DNA of 63,779 nucleotides, the filler included, from Nemertoderma westbladi (lineage: Eukaryota; Animalia; Xenacoelomorpha), in NCBI GenBank assembly GCA_032718475.1. It is 3 parts of 3 records of this genome, joined end to end, with 100 filler letters (N's around TTAATTAATTAA, not from the genome) between each part and the next. Parts side by side here need not be neighbours in the genome. Positions count along the whole stretch, not along the records: positions 1 to 25,873 come from JAUCBJ010002997.1; positions 25,974 to 57,334 come from JAUCBJ010005485.1; 1 more part is not named here. The stretch is one strand, 5' to 3'. The notes beneath the pieces are model-generated. The model was given only the letters and a program-made list of their open reading frames with translations. It was not told where the DNA came from and made no database searches. Below, piece by piece: positions 23,201 to 36,967 of the stretch (positions are counted from its first letter, which is position 1; each line of letters begins with the position of its first letter). The translations under genes were made by a program, and so were the position numbers.

Positions 23201-23450
23201 CCTGGGCATAACCAACACATTCGCCTCCATCAGCGGGATCATCGCCCCAAACATCGTGAGCGCGATCACTGTGGATAAAACGCGCGACCAATGGCAGACT
23301 GTGTTCTACATGACAGCTGGGGTTTACCTTGTCGGGGCAGTTATATTCATTGTATTGGGTGATGGAGAAACACAGCCCTGGGCTACCAATGACTACACTG
23401 TTGATTTAAATGTTGTTGATGATAAGGAAGCAGCTGAAACAAAATTCTAG
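20233..23450 (+). CDS. SLC17 / sialin-like MFS anion:cation symporter; exons 20233-21345 and 23016-23450 (~515 aa)
   Basis: YALRINISVAILCM, GYILSSFFWGYLVTQIPGGWLA, GGWPSIFY, PRKHPRISEIE, TPWKAIFTSVPFWA, NHIDLARKYAGTLLGITNT. Phase-0 intron GT(21346)...AG(23015) joins TRK|VMNSIG. Confidence 0.93.
21470..22960 (-). mobile_element. Decayed RTE-like LINE fragment in the SLC17 intron, interrupted by a ~1.17-kb insertion (21552-22724) with nested inverted repeats
   Basis: 21470-21551 and 22725-22960 align consecutively to the 38060-38370 LINE copy; ATTGTGCAA is duplicated at 21543-21551 and 22725-22733. Confidence 0.7.
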
Positions 23451-25873
23451 CGTACAGTACTCCATTGGCATGGTTATCAATCAGTCTCTAGCATAATATT
23501 TTTATGGAAAAGGTTATGGACAATCTCGTTATATATTTGGTTAATATTATCTTTTCAAATTTTGACTTTTTTCGATTTTTTTTGCTCTTAATTAACTCTT
23601 CGGACACATTGTGCTTCTAATATTTGTTTTATTTACTTTCCCGAAGTGCGGTGATTCTGGTTTTAAGTTATTTTGGATATTTTAAGTAAAATAATATGAG
23701 CATATATTATAATATATTCATGCTTTGTGTTGGACTACAATAATTAATTATGTGTATATTGGAGGTGCCCAGCAAGCACCAAACATTAGTTAGTGTTTTA
23801 GCTTCGTATTTAGCATCAGATAATTTATGAATATTTTACATGATTTTAATAAGCGTTATGCAGTCAATAAATTTGAGGGATTCTCAAAAACATTTGGCGC
23901 TGAAGAATGTTTCGTTTTATGTTTTGTATCCCTAGTAACTATAATTCTTATTGGGTTAAGTTAAGTTGAAAAGGTAAAGTTATTTATTATCTATCGTTCT
24001 ATTAAAAATACGGATGATACTTGGTGGGAAAGTTCCTCAGCATGTTAACTGTTGTTGATAAGTTAATGTGCCTTACGAAGCGAGAGAGGTATGATTCAAG
24101 CAGAAAATGGCGCCGGTTGGTCGCATGCGAAACCTACTTTCGTTTATTGACTTGGTTAGAGATCACCATCCCTGCAACAACCTGATCCTAATCCCCTTCA
24201 TATTTTCATTTACTTTTACAAATTCTTTAAACCAGACCGGCTACTATTCTGAGCCATAGACTCGGTATAAGAAAATACTTGCCTGTGAGTATCGTGTTCC
24301 AAATATTGGTAGGATAACTCAAACTTGTCAAGGCAGATGATAACAAACTACCTGATGATTGGACATGTGTGCTCTTGTGTACCAGTTTACCAATTTACAA
24401 TAAAATTATATTATATTTATCAAACTACTTTTTAAAGTTTTAATGGGTTTATCAAACCAAACTACATGGATATCCAGACAATTAAAATAAAATAAAACGT
24501 TCCATGAGTAACATGACTAACTCCATATTATCTTATCAAAATTTCGTCGTGACTGTTAATAATGCCACTATATTGGAAGCACTGCAATCTTCCCAGCTAC
24601 CCCCCCCCCCCCCCCCCCTCCCACCTTAAGTTTGTTTGTGCATTGTAGTACAGTCAATATACTTAAAGTCACAGATTGTAGCTTTGAATAATAATTTACG
24701 ATTATTAAATAGTGAATCCTTCTGCCATGCTATATGATTTCCTACAATATATACATATACATGGATATCCCGCTAGGGGATATAACACATGCAGTTACAT
24801 GTAACAGTCTCTTTCGAACCCTCTGAGTCATTCTTCAGACTCCCTATGTATTTCGATTCTTCGTAAACTCTAAAACCCAACCTAATCAATTAATTATTTA
24901 TTTATTTTAATTCAATAATATACATGTGGGAATTCTTGTATTTTTGTAAATGTATGATTTCTATTGAAATGCAGCACTAATAGTATTCATGTCAAAAATA
25001 CTGAATGAATAGCTACGTATAAGTTAAAACTTATAAATATAACACAATAAATAATGAACTCAATAACATTGGGGAGGGGGAGTAAATAAATTTACGAAAG
25101 AAATTTTACAAAATTGATGTGGTGCATATTATTTAGGGAAACATATTATTAATAAAGTGCACAAACGAGACAAAAAACACATGGGTGTCAATAGGCATAG
25201 TAGTTTTTCATTTGGAAAGATAGAGCGATAGCTGTAGTGCCTTCGTTACCATAGCAACACTTCAATAGTTTCTCTAAAAATTTTCATGTTTTCGATCAAA
25301 ATTACAACCAGTTTAAGCCCAACAGTTAATCGCCATTCTGATTGCTAAGCTTTCAAAGAAATTGCTGTAGTCCATAGAAACGGGTCATTAATTCAAATTG
25401 CCCAAGGTGTCAAAGTCCATAAATCACTTTTTTATGTTAAGAGGGACCCCTAGACACCAAAACATCCAAAAAATGTAATCCGTCCAAAAATTTTCGGTTA
25501 GGCCAAAAAGAGGTACGTGGCTGCCGGACTAATAGTTGCAATTTGTTTATAATAAATTTTAATAGTAAATTTTGTGAGTGGGCATATAGAAACAGCAATA
25601 CATAATGGAACATTAGTTGCTAAACATAAATTTATTAATGTTCCTAGTATAGGCCTATTTAATTATTTACAAATATTAAATAATTATTATTAAAATGATT
25701 AAATTGATAGTTTTCGTAACGTTTGCTGTTTCTGCTATATCTGCTATAGGATTGAAGTGTTATAGTCCGCAGCCAGTCATATTTGAGGATTGCTTTGTCT
25801 GTTTGGTAAGTGGTACAAACAATTTCATCTATGATATAAAAAAGATATCCTAAAAAAGCCTTTAAAAAACATG

Positions 25874-25973
25874 NNNNNNNNNNNNNNNNNNNNNNNNNNN
25901 NNNNNNNNNNNNNNNNNTTAATTAATTAANNNNNNNNNNNNNNNNNNNNNNNNNNNNNNNNNNNNNNNNNNNN
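25874..25973. other. Artificial contig-joining spacer
   Basis: 44 N + TTAATTAATTAA (stops in all six frames) + 44 N; identical to the spacer at 57335-57434. Confidence 0.95.
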
Positions 25974-26090
25974 AGCAAATGTCATGGATGATAGGGAGTT
26001 GTGGCGGTGCAATTTTGTTGACAAGCCGGCACAGCATTCTTAAAAATGCAGCTGCAATGCAGCATGCCGATCCTAGTAGTAGTAGTAGTA
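25974..26090 (+). mobile_element. 3' end of RTE-like LINE with (TAG)n tail
   Basis: Matches 4273-4383; ends in cctagtagtagtagtagtag. Confidence 0.8.
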
Positions 26091-26515
26091 GGTCTGTGTT
26101 TTGTACCTGGGGGGTCTGTGTTTTGTACCTGAGGGGGTCTGTGTTTTGTACCTCAGTACCTGGGGGGGTCTGTGTTTTGTACCTGGGGGGTCTGTGTTTT
26201 GTACCTGGGGGGGTCTGTGTTTTGTACCTGGGGGGGTCTGTGTTTTGTACCTGGGGGGGTCTGTGTTTTGTACCTGGGGGGGTCTGTGTTTTGTACCTGG
26301 GGGGGTCTGTGTTTTGTACCTGGGGGGGTCTGTGTTTTGTACCTGGGGGGGTCTGTGTTTTGTACCTGGGGGGGTCTGTGTTTTGTACCTGGGGGGGTCT
26401 GTGTTTTGTACCTGGGGGGGTCTGTGTTTTGTACCTGGGGGGGTCTGTGTTTTGTACCTGGGGGGGTCTGTGTTTTGTACCTGGGGGTCTGGGGTCTTGG
26501 GTCTGTGTTTTGTAC
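26091..26515. repeat. 23-bp minisatellite (tctgtgttttgtacctggggggg)n
   Basis: Direct tandem units, ~18 copies, beginning right at the LINE tail. Confidence 0.97.
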
Positions 26516-27000
26516 ACAACCATGGTTTTATACTTTATTCTAGATATTAATTTGTTTTATTTAGCAAACGTTTAACACTTTAGTTTGTTTGTAGAGGGCC
26601 GGGGGGTCTATTGTCCGAGGATGGGGGCTACTGTCCTAGAACATCTTTTTGTATAATGTAGTTCCGGCCAATATTCATAGCTATATATAAAGTCTAAGCC
26701 ACTCTTCATACTTATAAGTTTAGATGTTGGTCATTAAAAATAATTTAACATTTTCTATAGCGCCAAGTGAGCGCGTCACTTTTGTCTAGGATATTATTAA
26801 TTACAAACTCGAATCGATCTTAGCCACCGAGGCTATAATAATTCAAGATTATGTTCATTTCTTTTTATTAACAAGTAAATTTACCTTCAGCATGGAGATA
26901 GCAGTCACTACTGGTCTTCTCTGGATGATGGAAATTACAATAGCAATGAGGTCTGTAATACTGCGTGGTCGTGTATTATTTCTTTAGTTATTTGTGAAAA

Positions 27001-30000
27001 CTACTCTGTCCCCCCAACCCGATGGTAGTGTACCACTCTGTCCTCCAACCCCGATGGTAGTGTACCACTCGTCCTCCAACGCTGATGGTAGTGTACCACT
27101 CGTCCCCCCAACCCGATGGTAGTGTACCACTCGTCCCCCCAACCCGAAGGCAGTGTACCACTCGTCCCCCCAACCCGATGGCAGTGTACCACTCGTCCCC
27201 CCAACCCGATGGTAGTGTACCACTCTGTCCTCCAACCCCGATGGTAGTGTACCCCTCTGTCCTCCAACCCCGATGGCAGTGTACCACTCTGTCCCCCCAA
27301 CCCCGATGGTAGTGTACCACTCGTCCCCCCAACCCCTATGGTAGTGTACCCCTCTGTCCTCCAACCCCGATGGCAGTGTACCACTCTGTCCCCCCAACCC
27401 CGATGGTAGTGTACCACTCGTCCCCCCAACCCCTATGGTAGTGTACCACTCTGTCCCCCCAACCCCGATGGCAGTGTACCACTCTGTCCCCCCAACCCCG
27501 ATGGTAGTGTACCACTCGTCCCCCCAACCCCTAGGGTAGTGTACCACTCGTCCCGCCAACCCCGATGGTAGTGTACTACTCTGTCCCCCCAACCCGAGGG
27601 TAGTGTACCACTCAGTCCCTCCAACCCCTAGGGTAGTGTACCACTCGTCCCCCCAACCCGATGGTAGTGTACCACTCTGTCCCCCCAACCCCGATGGTAG
27701 TGTACCACTCTGTCCCTCCAACCCCTAGGGTAGTGTACCACTCGTCCCCCCAACCCGATGGTAGTGTACCACTCTGTCCCCCCAACCCCGATGGCAGTGT
27801 ACCACTCTGTCCCCCCAACCCCTAGGGTAGTGTACCACTCGTCCCCCCAACTCCTAGGGTAGTGTACCACTCGTCCTCCAACCCCGATGGTAGTGTTCCA
27901 CTCTGTCCCCCCAACCCCTATGGTAGTGTACCACTCTGTCCCCCCAACCCCGATGGCAGTGTACCACTCTGTCCCCCCAACCCCGATGGTAGTGTACCAC
28001 TCGTCCGCCCAACCCCTAGGGTAGTGTACCACTCGTCCCCCCAACCCCTAGGGTAGTGTACCACTCGTCCTCCAACCCCGATGGTAGTGTACCACTCTGT
28101 CTCCCCAACCCCGATGGTAGTGTACCACTCTGTCCCCCCAACCCCGATGGTAGTGTACCACTCGTCCCCCCAACCCCTAGGGTAGTGTACCACTCGTACC
28201 CCCAACCCCTATGGTTGTGTACCACTCTTTCCCCCCAACCCGATGGTAGTGTACCACTCTGTCCCCCCAACCCCGATGGTAGTGTACCACTCTGTCCTCC
28301 AACCCCGATGGTAGTGTACCACTCTGTCTCCCCAACCCCGATGGCAGTGTACCACTCTGTCCCCCCAACCCCGATAGTAGTGTACCACTCGTCCCCTCAA
28401 CCCCTATGGTAGTGTACCACTCTGTCCCCCAACAACGATGGCAGTGTACCACTCTGTCCCCCCAACCCCGATGGTAGTGTACCACTCGTCCCCCCAACCC
28501 CTAGGGTAGTGTACCACTCGTCCCCCCAACCCCTAGGGTAGTGTACCACTCGTCCTCCAACCCCGATGGTAGTGTACCACTCTGTCCCCCCAACCCCGAT
28601 GGTAGTGTACCACTCTGTCCTCCAACCCCGATGGTAGTGTACCACTCTGTCCCCCAACCCCGATGGCAGTGTACCACTCTGTCCCCCCAACCCCGATAGT
28701 AGTGTACCACTCGTCCCCCCAACCCCGATGGTAGTGTACCACTCTGTCCCTCCAACCCCGATGGTAGTGTACCACTCTGTCCCCCCAACCCCGATGGCAG
28801 TGTACCACTCTGTCCCCCCAACCCCGATGGTAGTGTACCACTCTGTCCCCCCAACCCCGATGGTAGTGTACCACTCGTCCCCCCACCCCTAGGGTAGTGT
28901 ACCACTCTGTCCTCCAACCCCGATGGTAGTGTACCACTCTGTCCCCCCAACCTCGATGGCAGTGTACCACTCTGTCCCCCCAACCCCGATGGCAGTGTAC
29001 CACTCTGTCCCCTCAACCCCGATGGTAGTGTACCACTCGTCCCCCCAACCCCTAGGGTAGTGTGCCACTCTGTCCTCCAACCCCTATGGTAGTGTACCAC
29101 TCTGTCCCCCCAACCCCGATGGTAGAGTACCACTCTGTCCTCCAACCCCGATGGTAGTGTACCACTCGTCCTCCAACCCCGATGGTAGTGTACCACTCTG
29201 TCCCCCAACCTCGATGGTAGTGTACCACTCTGTCCTCCAACTCCGATGGTAGTGTACCACTCTATCCCCAACCCCGATGGCAATGTGCCACTCTGTCCCC
29301 CAACCTCGATGGTAGTGTACCACTATGTCTCCCAAATCCTATGGAAGTGTACCACTCTGTCCCCCAACACCGATGGTAGGTTGGTGGCTTGGTGCCACTC
29401 TGTCCCCCAACACCGATGGTAGGTTGGTGGCTTGGTGCCACTCTGTCCCCCAACACCGATGGTAGGTTGGTGGCTTGGTGCCACTCTGTCCCCCAACACC
29501 GATGGTAGGTTGGTGGCTTGGTGCCACTCTGTCCTCCAACACCGATGGTAGGTTGGTGGCTTGGTGCCACTCTGTCCCCCAACACCGATGGTAGGTTGGT
29601 GGCTTGGTGCCACTCTGTCCCCCAACACCGATGGTAGGTTGGTGGCTTGGTGCCACTCTGTCCCCCACCACCGATGGTAGGTTGGTGGCTTGTTACCACT
29701 CTGTCCCCCAACACTGATGGCAGTGTACCACTATGTCTCCCAAATCCTATGGAAGTGTACCACTCTGTCCCCCAGCACCGATGGTAGGTTGGTGGCTTGG
29801 TGCCACTCTGTCCCCCAACACCGATGGTAGGTTGGTGGCTTGGTGCCACTCTGTCCCCCAACACCGATGGTAGGTTGGTGGCTTGGTGCCACTCTGTCAT
29901 CCAACACCGATGGTAGGTTGGTGGCTTGGTGCCACTTTGTCCCCCAACACCGATGGTAGGTTGGTGGCTTGGTGCCACTCTGTCCTCCAACACCGATGGT

Positions 30001-33000
30001 AGGTTGGTGGCTTGGTGCCACTTTGTCCTCCAACACCGATGGTAGGTTGGTGGCTTGGTGCCACTTTGTCCTCCAACACCGATGGTAGGTTGGTGGCTTG
30101 GTGCCACTTTGTCCTCCAACACCGATGGTAGGTTGGTGGCTTGGTGCCACTTTGTCCCCCAACACCGATGGTAGGTTGGTGGCTTGGTGCCACTCTGTCC
30201 TCCAACACCGATGGTAGGTTGGTGGCTTGGTGCCACTTTGTCCTCCAACCCCGATGGTAGGTTGGTGGCTTGGTGCCACTCTGTCCTGCAACACCGATGG
30301 TAGGTTGGTGGCTTGGTGCCACTTTGTCCTCCAACACCGATGGTAGGTTGGTGGCTTGGTGCCACTCTGTCCCCCAACACCGATGGTAGGTTGGTGGCTT
30401 GGTGCCACTCTGTCCTCCAACACCGATGGTAGGTTGGTGGCTTGTTACCACTCTGTCCCCCAACACTGATGGCAGTGTACCACTATGTCTCCCAAATCCT
30501 ATGGAAGTGTACCACTCTGTCCCCCAACACCGATGGTATGTTGGTGGCTTGTTACCACTCTGTCCCCCAACACTGATGGCAGTGTACCACTATGTCTCCC
30601 AAATCCTATGGAAGTGTACCACTCTGTCCCCCAACACCGATGGTAGGTTGGTGGCTTGGTGCCACTCTGTCCCCCAACACCGATGGTAGGTTGGTTGCTT
30701 GGTGCCACTCTGTCCCCCAACACCGATGGTAGGTTGGTGGCTTGGTGCCACTCTATCCCCCAACACCGATGGTAGGTTGGTGGCTTGGTGCCACTTTGTC
30801 CTCCAACCCCGATGGTAGGTTGGTGGCTTGGTGCCACTCTGTCCCCCAACACCGATGGTAGGTTGGTGGCTTGTTACCACTCTGTCCCCCAACACCGATG
30901 GTAGGTTGGTGGCTTGTTACCACTCTGTCCCCCAACACTGATGGCAGTGTACCACTATGTCTCCCAAATCCTATGGAAGTGTACCACTCTGTCCCCCAAC
31001 ACCGATGGTAGGTTGTTGGCTTGGTGCCACTCTGTCCCCCAACACCGATGGTAGGTTGGTTGCTTGGTGCCACTCTGTCCCCCAACACCGATGGTAGGTT
31101 GGTGGCTTGGTGCCACTCTGTCCCCCAACACCGATGGTAGGTTGGTGGCTTGGTGCCACTCTGTCCCCCAACACCGATGGTAGGTTGGTGGCTTGGTGCC
31201 ACTTTGTCCTCCAACCCCGATGGTAGGTTGGTGGCTTGGTGCCACTCTGTCCCCCAACACCGATGGTAGGTTGGTGGCTTGTTACCACTCTGTCCCCCAA
31301 CACTGATGGCAGTGTACCACTATGTCTCCCAAATCCTATGGAAGTGTACCACTCTGTCCCCCAGCACCGATGGTAGGTTGGTGGCTTGGTGCCACTCTGT
31401 CCCCCAACACCGATGGTAGGTTGGTGGCTTGGTGCCACTCTGTCCCCCAACACCGATGGTAGGTTGGTCGCTTGGTGCCACTCTGTCCCCCAACACCGAT
31501 GGTAGGTTGGTGGCTTGGTGCCACTCTGTCCTCCAACACCGATGGTAGGTTGGTGGCTTGGTGCCACTCTGTCACCCAACACCGATGGTAGGTTGGTTGC
31601 TTGGTGCCACTCTGTCCCCCAACACCGATGGTAGGTTGGTGGCTTGGTGCCACTCTATCCCCCAACACCGATGGTAGGTTGGTGGCTTGGTGCCACTTTG
31701 TCCTCCAACCCCGATGGTAGGTTGGTGGCTTGGTGCCACTCTGTCCCCCAACACCGATGGTAGGTTGGTGGCTTGTTACCACTCTGTCCCCCAACACCGA
31801 TGGTAGGTTGGTGGCTTGTTACCACTCTGTCCCCCAACACTGATGGCAGTGTACCACTATGTCTCCCAAATCCTATGGAAGTGTACCACTCTGTCCCCCA
31901 ACACCGATGGTAGGTTGTTGGCTTGGTGCCACTCTGTCCCCCAACACGATGGTAGGTTGGTTGCTTGGTGCCACTCTGTCCCCCAACACCGATGGTAGGT
32001 TGGTGGCTTGGTGCCACTCTGTCCCCCAACACCGATGGTAGGTTGGTGGCTTGGTGGCACTCTGTCCCCCAACACTGATGGTAGGTTGGTGGCTTGGTGC
32101 CACTTTGTCCTCCAACCCCGATGGTAGGTTGGTGGCTTGGTGCCACTCTGTCCCCCAACACCGATGGTAGGTTGGCGGCTTGTTACCACTCTGTCCCCCA
32201 ACACTGATGGCAGTGTACCACTATGTCTCCCAAATCCTATGGAAGTGCACCACTCTGTCCCCCAGCACCGATGGTAGGTTGGTGGCTTGGTGCCACTCTG
32301 TCCCCCAACACCGATGGTAGGTTGGTGGCTTGGTGCCACTCTGTCCTCCAACACCGATGGTAGGTTGGTGGCTTGGTGCCACTTTGTCCCCCAACACCGA
32401 TGGTAGGTTGGTGGCTTGGTGCCACTCTGTCCTCCAACACCGATGGTAGGTTGGTGGCTTGGTGCCACTCTGTCCTCCAACACCGATGGTAGGTTGGTGG
32501 CTTGGTGCCACTTTGTCCTCCAACACCGATGGTAGGTTGGTGGCTTGGTGCCACTCTGTCCCCCAACACCGATGGTAGGTTGGTGGCTTGGTGCCACTCT
32601 GTCCCCCAACACCGATGGTAGGTTGGTGGCTTGGTGCCACTCTGTCCCCCAACACTGATGGTAGGTTGGTGGCTTGGTGCCACTTTGTCCTCCAACCCCG
32701 ATGGTAGGTTGGTGGCTTGGTGCCACTCTGTCCCCCAACACCGATGGTAGGTTGGTGGCTTGTTACCACTCTGTCCCCCAACACTGATGGCAGTGTACCA
32801 CTATGTCTCCCAAATCCTATGGAAGTGTACCACTCTGTCCCCCAGCACCGATGGTAGGTTGGTGGCTTGGTGCCACTCTGTCCCCCAACACCGATGGTAG
32901 GTTGGTGGCTTGGTGCCACTCTGTCCTCCAACACCGATGGTAGGTTGGTGGCTTGGTGCCACTTTGTCCCCCAACACCGATGGTAGGTTGGTGGCTTGGT

Positions 33001-34257
33001 GCCACTCTGTCCTCCAACACCGATGGTAGGTTGGTGGCTTGGTGCCACTCTGTCCCCCAACACCGATGGTAGGTTGGTGGCTTGGTGCCACTCTGTCCCC
33101 CAACACCGATGGTAGGTTGGTGGCTTGGTGCCACTCTGTCCTCCAACACCGATGGTAGGTTGGTGGCTTGTTGCCACTTTGTCCCCCAACACCGATGGTA
33201 GGTTGGTGGCTTGGTGCCACTCTGTCCTCCAACACCGATGGTAGGTTGGTGGCTTGGTGCCACTCTGTCCTCCAACACCGATGGTAGGTTGGTGGCTTGG
33301 TGCCACTTTGTCCTCCAACACCGATGGTAGGTTGGTGGCTTGGTGCCACTTTGTCCTCCAACCCCGATGGTAGGTTGGTGGCTTGGTGCCACTTTGTCCT
33401 CCAACCCCGATGGTAGGTTGGTGGCTTGGTGCCACTCTGTCCCCCAACACCGATGGTAGGTTGGTGGCTTGGTGCCACTCTGTCCTCCAACACCGATGGT
33501 AGGTTGGTGGCTTGGTGCCACTTTGTCCTCCAACCCCGATGGTAGGTTGGTGGCTTGGTGCCACTCTGTCCTCCAACATCGATGGTAGGTTGGTGGCTTG
33601 GTGCCACTTTGTCCTCCAACACCGATGGTAGGTTGGTGGCTTGGTGCCACTCTGTCCCCCAACACCGATGGTAGGTTGGTGGCTTGGTGCCACTCTGTCC
33701 TCCAACACCGATGGTAGGTTGGTGGCTTGGTGCCACTCTGTCCCCCAACACCGATGGTAGGTTGGTGGCTTGGTGCCACTCTGTCCTCCAACATCGATGG
33801 TAGGTTGGTGGCTTGGTACCACTCTGTCCTCCAACCCCGATGGTAGGTTGGTGGCTTGGTGCCACTCTGTCCCCCAACACCGATGGTAGGTTGGTGGCTT
33901 GGTGCCACTCTGTCCTCCAACACCGATGGTAGGTTGGTGGCTTGGTGCCACTCTGTCCCCCAACACCGATGGTAGGTTGGTGGCTTGGTACCACTCTGTC
34001 CTCCAACACCGATGGTAGGTTGGTGGCTTGGTGCCACTCTGTCCTCCCACCGATGGTAGGTTGGTGGCTTGGTGCCACTCTGTCCCCCAACACCGATGGT
34101 AGGTTGGTGGCTTGGTGCCACTCTGTCCCCCAACACCGATGGTAGGTTGGTGGCTTGGTACCACTCTGTCCCCCAACCCCGATGGTAGGTTGGTGGCTTG
34201 GTGCCACTCTGTCCCCCAACACCGATGGTAGGTTGGTGGCTTGGTGCCACTTTGTCC
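27001..34257. repeat. 7.3-kb composite satellite: 31-33-bp units (27001-~29340) then related 43-bp units (~29350-34257)
   Basis: gatggtagtgtaccactctgtccccccaacccc versus gatggtaggttggtggcttggtgccactctgtcccccaacacc. Confidence 0.97.
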
Positions 34258-35729
34258 TTCTCTGACATTGGGCCTACAGGTAGAATCAACGGACCACACC
34301 TGAAATAAACGTGTTTAAGTTCAGTCTAATATTCTATTGTTTTAGTTGACTTTATTTATTTTGCAGTTAAACTAATACATCAATCATATTTTGTAATACA
34401 ACATTATAAGAATATTAAATTAAATATTCACTTTTAATAACAATTTCAATATCTTATTGTTATTTTGGTTAGATTTATGGAATATAGATTTTATTTATTT
34501 CTGGGGAATTAATTTCGCACTACCAAATCTCCAGTGCGAAATTATGTATCAGTAAGTCCCTACGCCATACGATTTCAATGTATGTCCAGTAAGTCACCGC
34601 GTCATTCTAAATATAATCCTATGACGTCATACGAATAAACTCTATTACTATTTCACAATAATATGTACCTAATACTTACAAAATAATGAAATTGGTTTAT
34701 GATTTAGTGTTATGATTCGAACCAACGGTCTTTACACATTTTTTTAATTATCATTGTGATGCTTACATGTTACAAGGTTGTTCTAGAAACTTTAAATGCA
34801 TCTATCAAATAAATACCCGCAAATAAATAAAATTAGATTCGCAATTTTTCGTAATTAGCACTTTAAAGTTTTACAGCCCTCGTTTTGTTATACGAGGGTT
34901 ATACAACATCACTCGCGCCGTAACGCTATATAAAGTGCTATTTTATGAACAATGATGTATAAAGTTATATCAAACTCCATATCATTGAATTTTTATTGTC
35001 ATTTTTTTTAAATATATTAGTGTAATATTCTATTGGGTAGTCCGGGCGAATGTACCGATACTCAAAATCTCGAGAAAACCAAAGTAACTATAACTACTTT
35101 ATTGTTTAAAGGTTTTAATTTCTAAGTTATATATTGAGTTTGCGCTTTTTAACCTTCCTTCCTATACAGTGTATTTTTGATAGTTACATTTTTGTTTTAT
35201 TTTGCTTCACTTCCGTGTAGTGGTATACACAATACGGAACTCGAAACGCTAAGAAGCAGGTAATCCCAACATCAATAATGTACCTTATAACTCAATGTAT
35301 TCACATCTGTGTCGTGTGCTTCAGCCCTTTATTTTCCAAACTAACTTTTTGTAAACTCTTATCCTTCCCCTATTTTTTATTATTATTATTTCGGAACGGT
35401 TGTGTGGGCCGTCCATAGCCTATATATCATGTTATATCATATTTGTATAATAAGATAAATATGAAACGGTATATAACACAAAAATAGGAAACATATAAAG
35501 TAAACTAAGTCAAGTCAAGTAAAGTCTCTTGTTTTTGGATGGTGTACTATTGAGACAGATAAGTGAACTTATAGATTGTCCCAGTAGTAAAAATTGGAGA
35601 TGGTTGTGGAAAAAATACATTCTGATATAAAGCCTGAAAGATTGGACGTTGAAATACTCAGTACGCGAGAAAAACACTACGCCCCACAATATACTATCCT
35701 ATATCGACAAACCTACATGAAAACATTAA

Positions 35730-36955
35730 CATTGGTGTCACTACTGAGATAAAACAAGTAACAATTATTAGCCACTAACGTTGGTGCCACTATTAAGATT
35801 AAACAAGTAACACCAAACATAGGTGCCACTATTGTGATAATGCCAGTAACACCTAACATTTGTGCAACTACTGAGATAAAACAAGTAACAATTATTAGCC
35901 CCTAACATTGGTGCCACTATTAAGATTAAACAAGTAACACGAAACATAGGTGCCACTATTGTGATAATGCCAGTAACACCTAACATTTGTGCAACTACTG
36001 AGATAAAACAAGTAACAATTATTAGCCCCTAACATTGGTGCCACTATTGAGATTAAACAAGTAACACCACCAAACATTGGTGCCACTGTTGTGATAATGC
36101 CAGTAACACCTAACATTTGTGCAACTACTGAGATAAAACAAGTAACAATTATTAGCCCCTAACATTTGTGCCACTATTGAGATTAAACAAGTAACACCAA
36201 ACATAGGTGCCACTATTGTGATAATGCCAGTAACACCTAACATAGGTGCCACTATTGGGATAATACCAGTGACACCTAACATTTGTGCAACTACTGAGAT
36301 AAAACAAGTAACAATTATTAGCCCCTAACATTGGTGCCACTATTGAGATTAAACAAGTAACACCACCAAACATTGGTGCCACTGTTGTGATAATGCCAGT
36401 AACACCTAACATTTGTGCAACTACTGAGATAAAACAAGTAACAATTATTAGCCCCTAACATTTGTGCCACTATTGAGATTAAACAAGTAACACCAAACAT
36501 AGGTGCCACTATTGTGATAATGCCAGTAACACCTAACATTTGTGCAACTACTGAGATAAAACAAGTAACAATTATTAGCCCCTAACATTGGTGCCACTAT
36601 TGAGATTAAACAAGTAACACCAAACATAGGTGCCACTATTGTGATAATGCCAGTAACACCTAACATTTGTGCAACTACTGAGATAAAACAAGTAACAATT
36701 ATTAGCCCCTAACATTTGTGCCACTATTGAGATTAAACAAGTAACACCAAACATAGGTGCCACTATTGTGATAATGCCAGTAACACCTAACATAGGTGCC
36801 ACTATTGGGATAATACCAGTAACACCTAACATTTGTGCAACTACTGAGATAAAACAAGTAACAATTATTAGCCCCTAACATTTGTGCCACTATTGAGATT
36901 AAACAAGTAACACCAAACATTGTTGCCACTATTGAGATAAAGCCAGTAATCAACA
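35730..36955. repeat. Satellite with ~127-166-bp higher-order units built from ~39-49-bp subrepeats
   Basis: Recurring aacat(a/t)ggtgccactatt(gaga/gtga)ta...gtaacacc subunits; the repeated short ORFs have ~127/130/166-bp offsets. Confidence 0.95.
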
Positions 36956-36967
36956 ATAATTTTCCAG

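Noticed and set aside
25918-25929. TTAATTAATTAA palindrome between N runs (also 57379-57390)
   Set aside because: Artificial linker; adjacency of genes across it is not evidence of linkage.
27001-34257. CRISPR-like appearance of short palindromic repeats
   Set aside because: No unique spacers, no cas genes, eukaryotic context.
25918-34299. Dozens of long repetitive ORFs (up to 692 aa)
   Set aside because: Translations of 23-, 32- and 43-bp satellites; unit lengths are not multiples of 3 and all frames give the same peptide.
35768-36956. Series of hydrophobic 72-86 aa ORFs
   Set aside because: By-products of the ~127-166-bp satellite.
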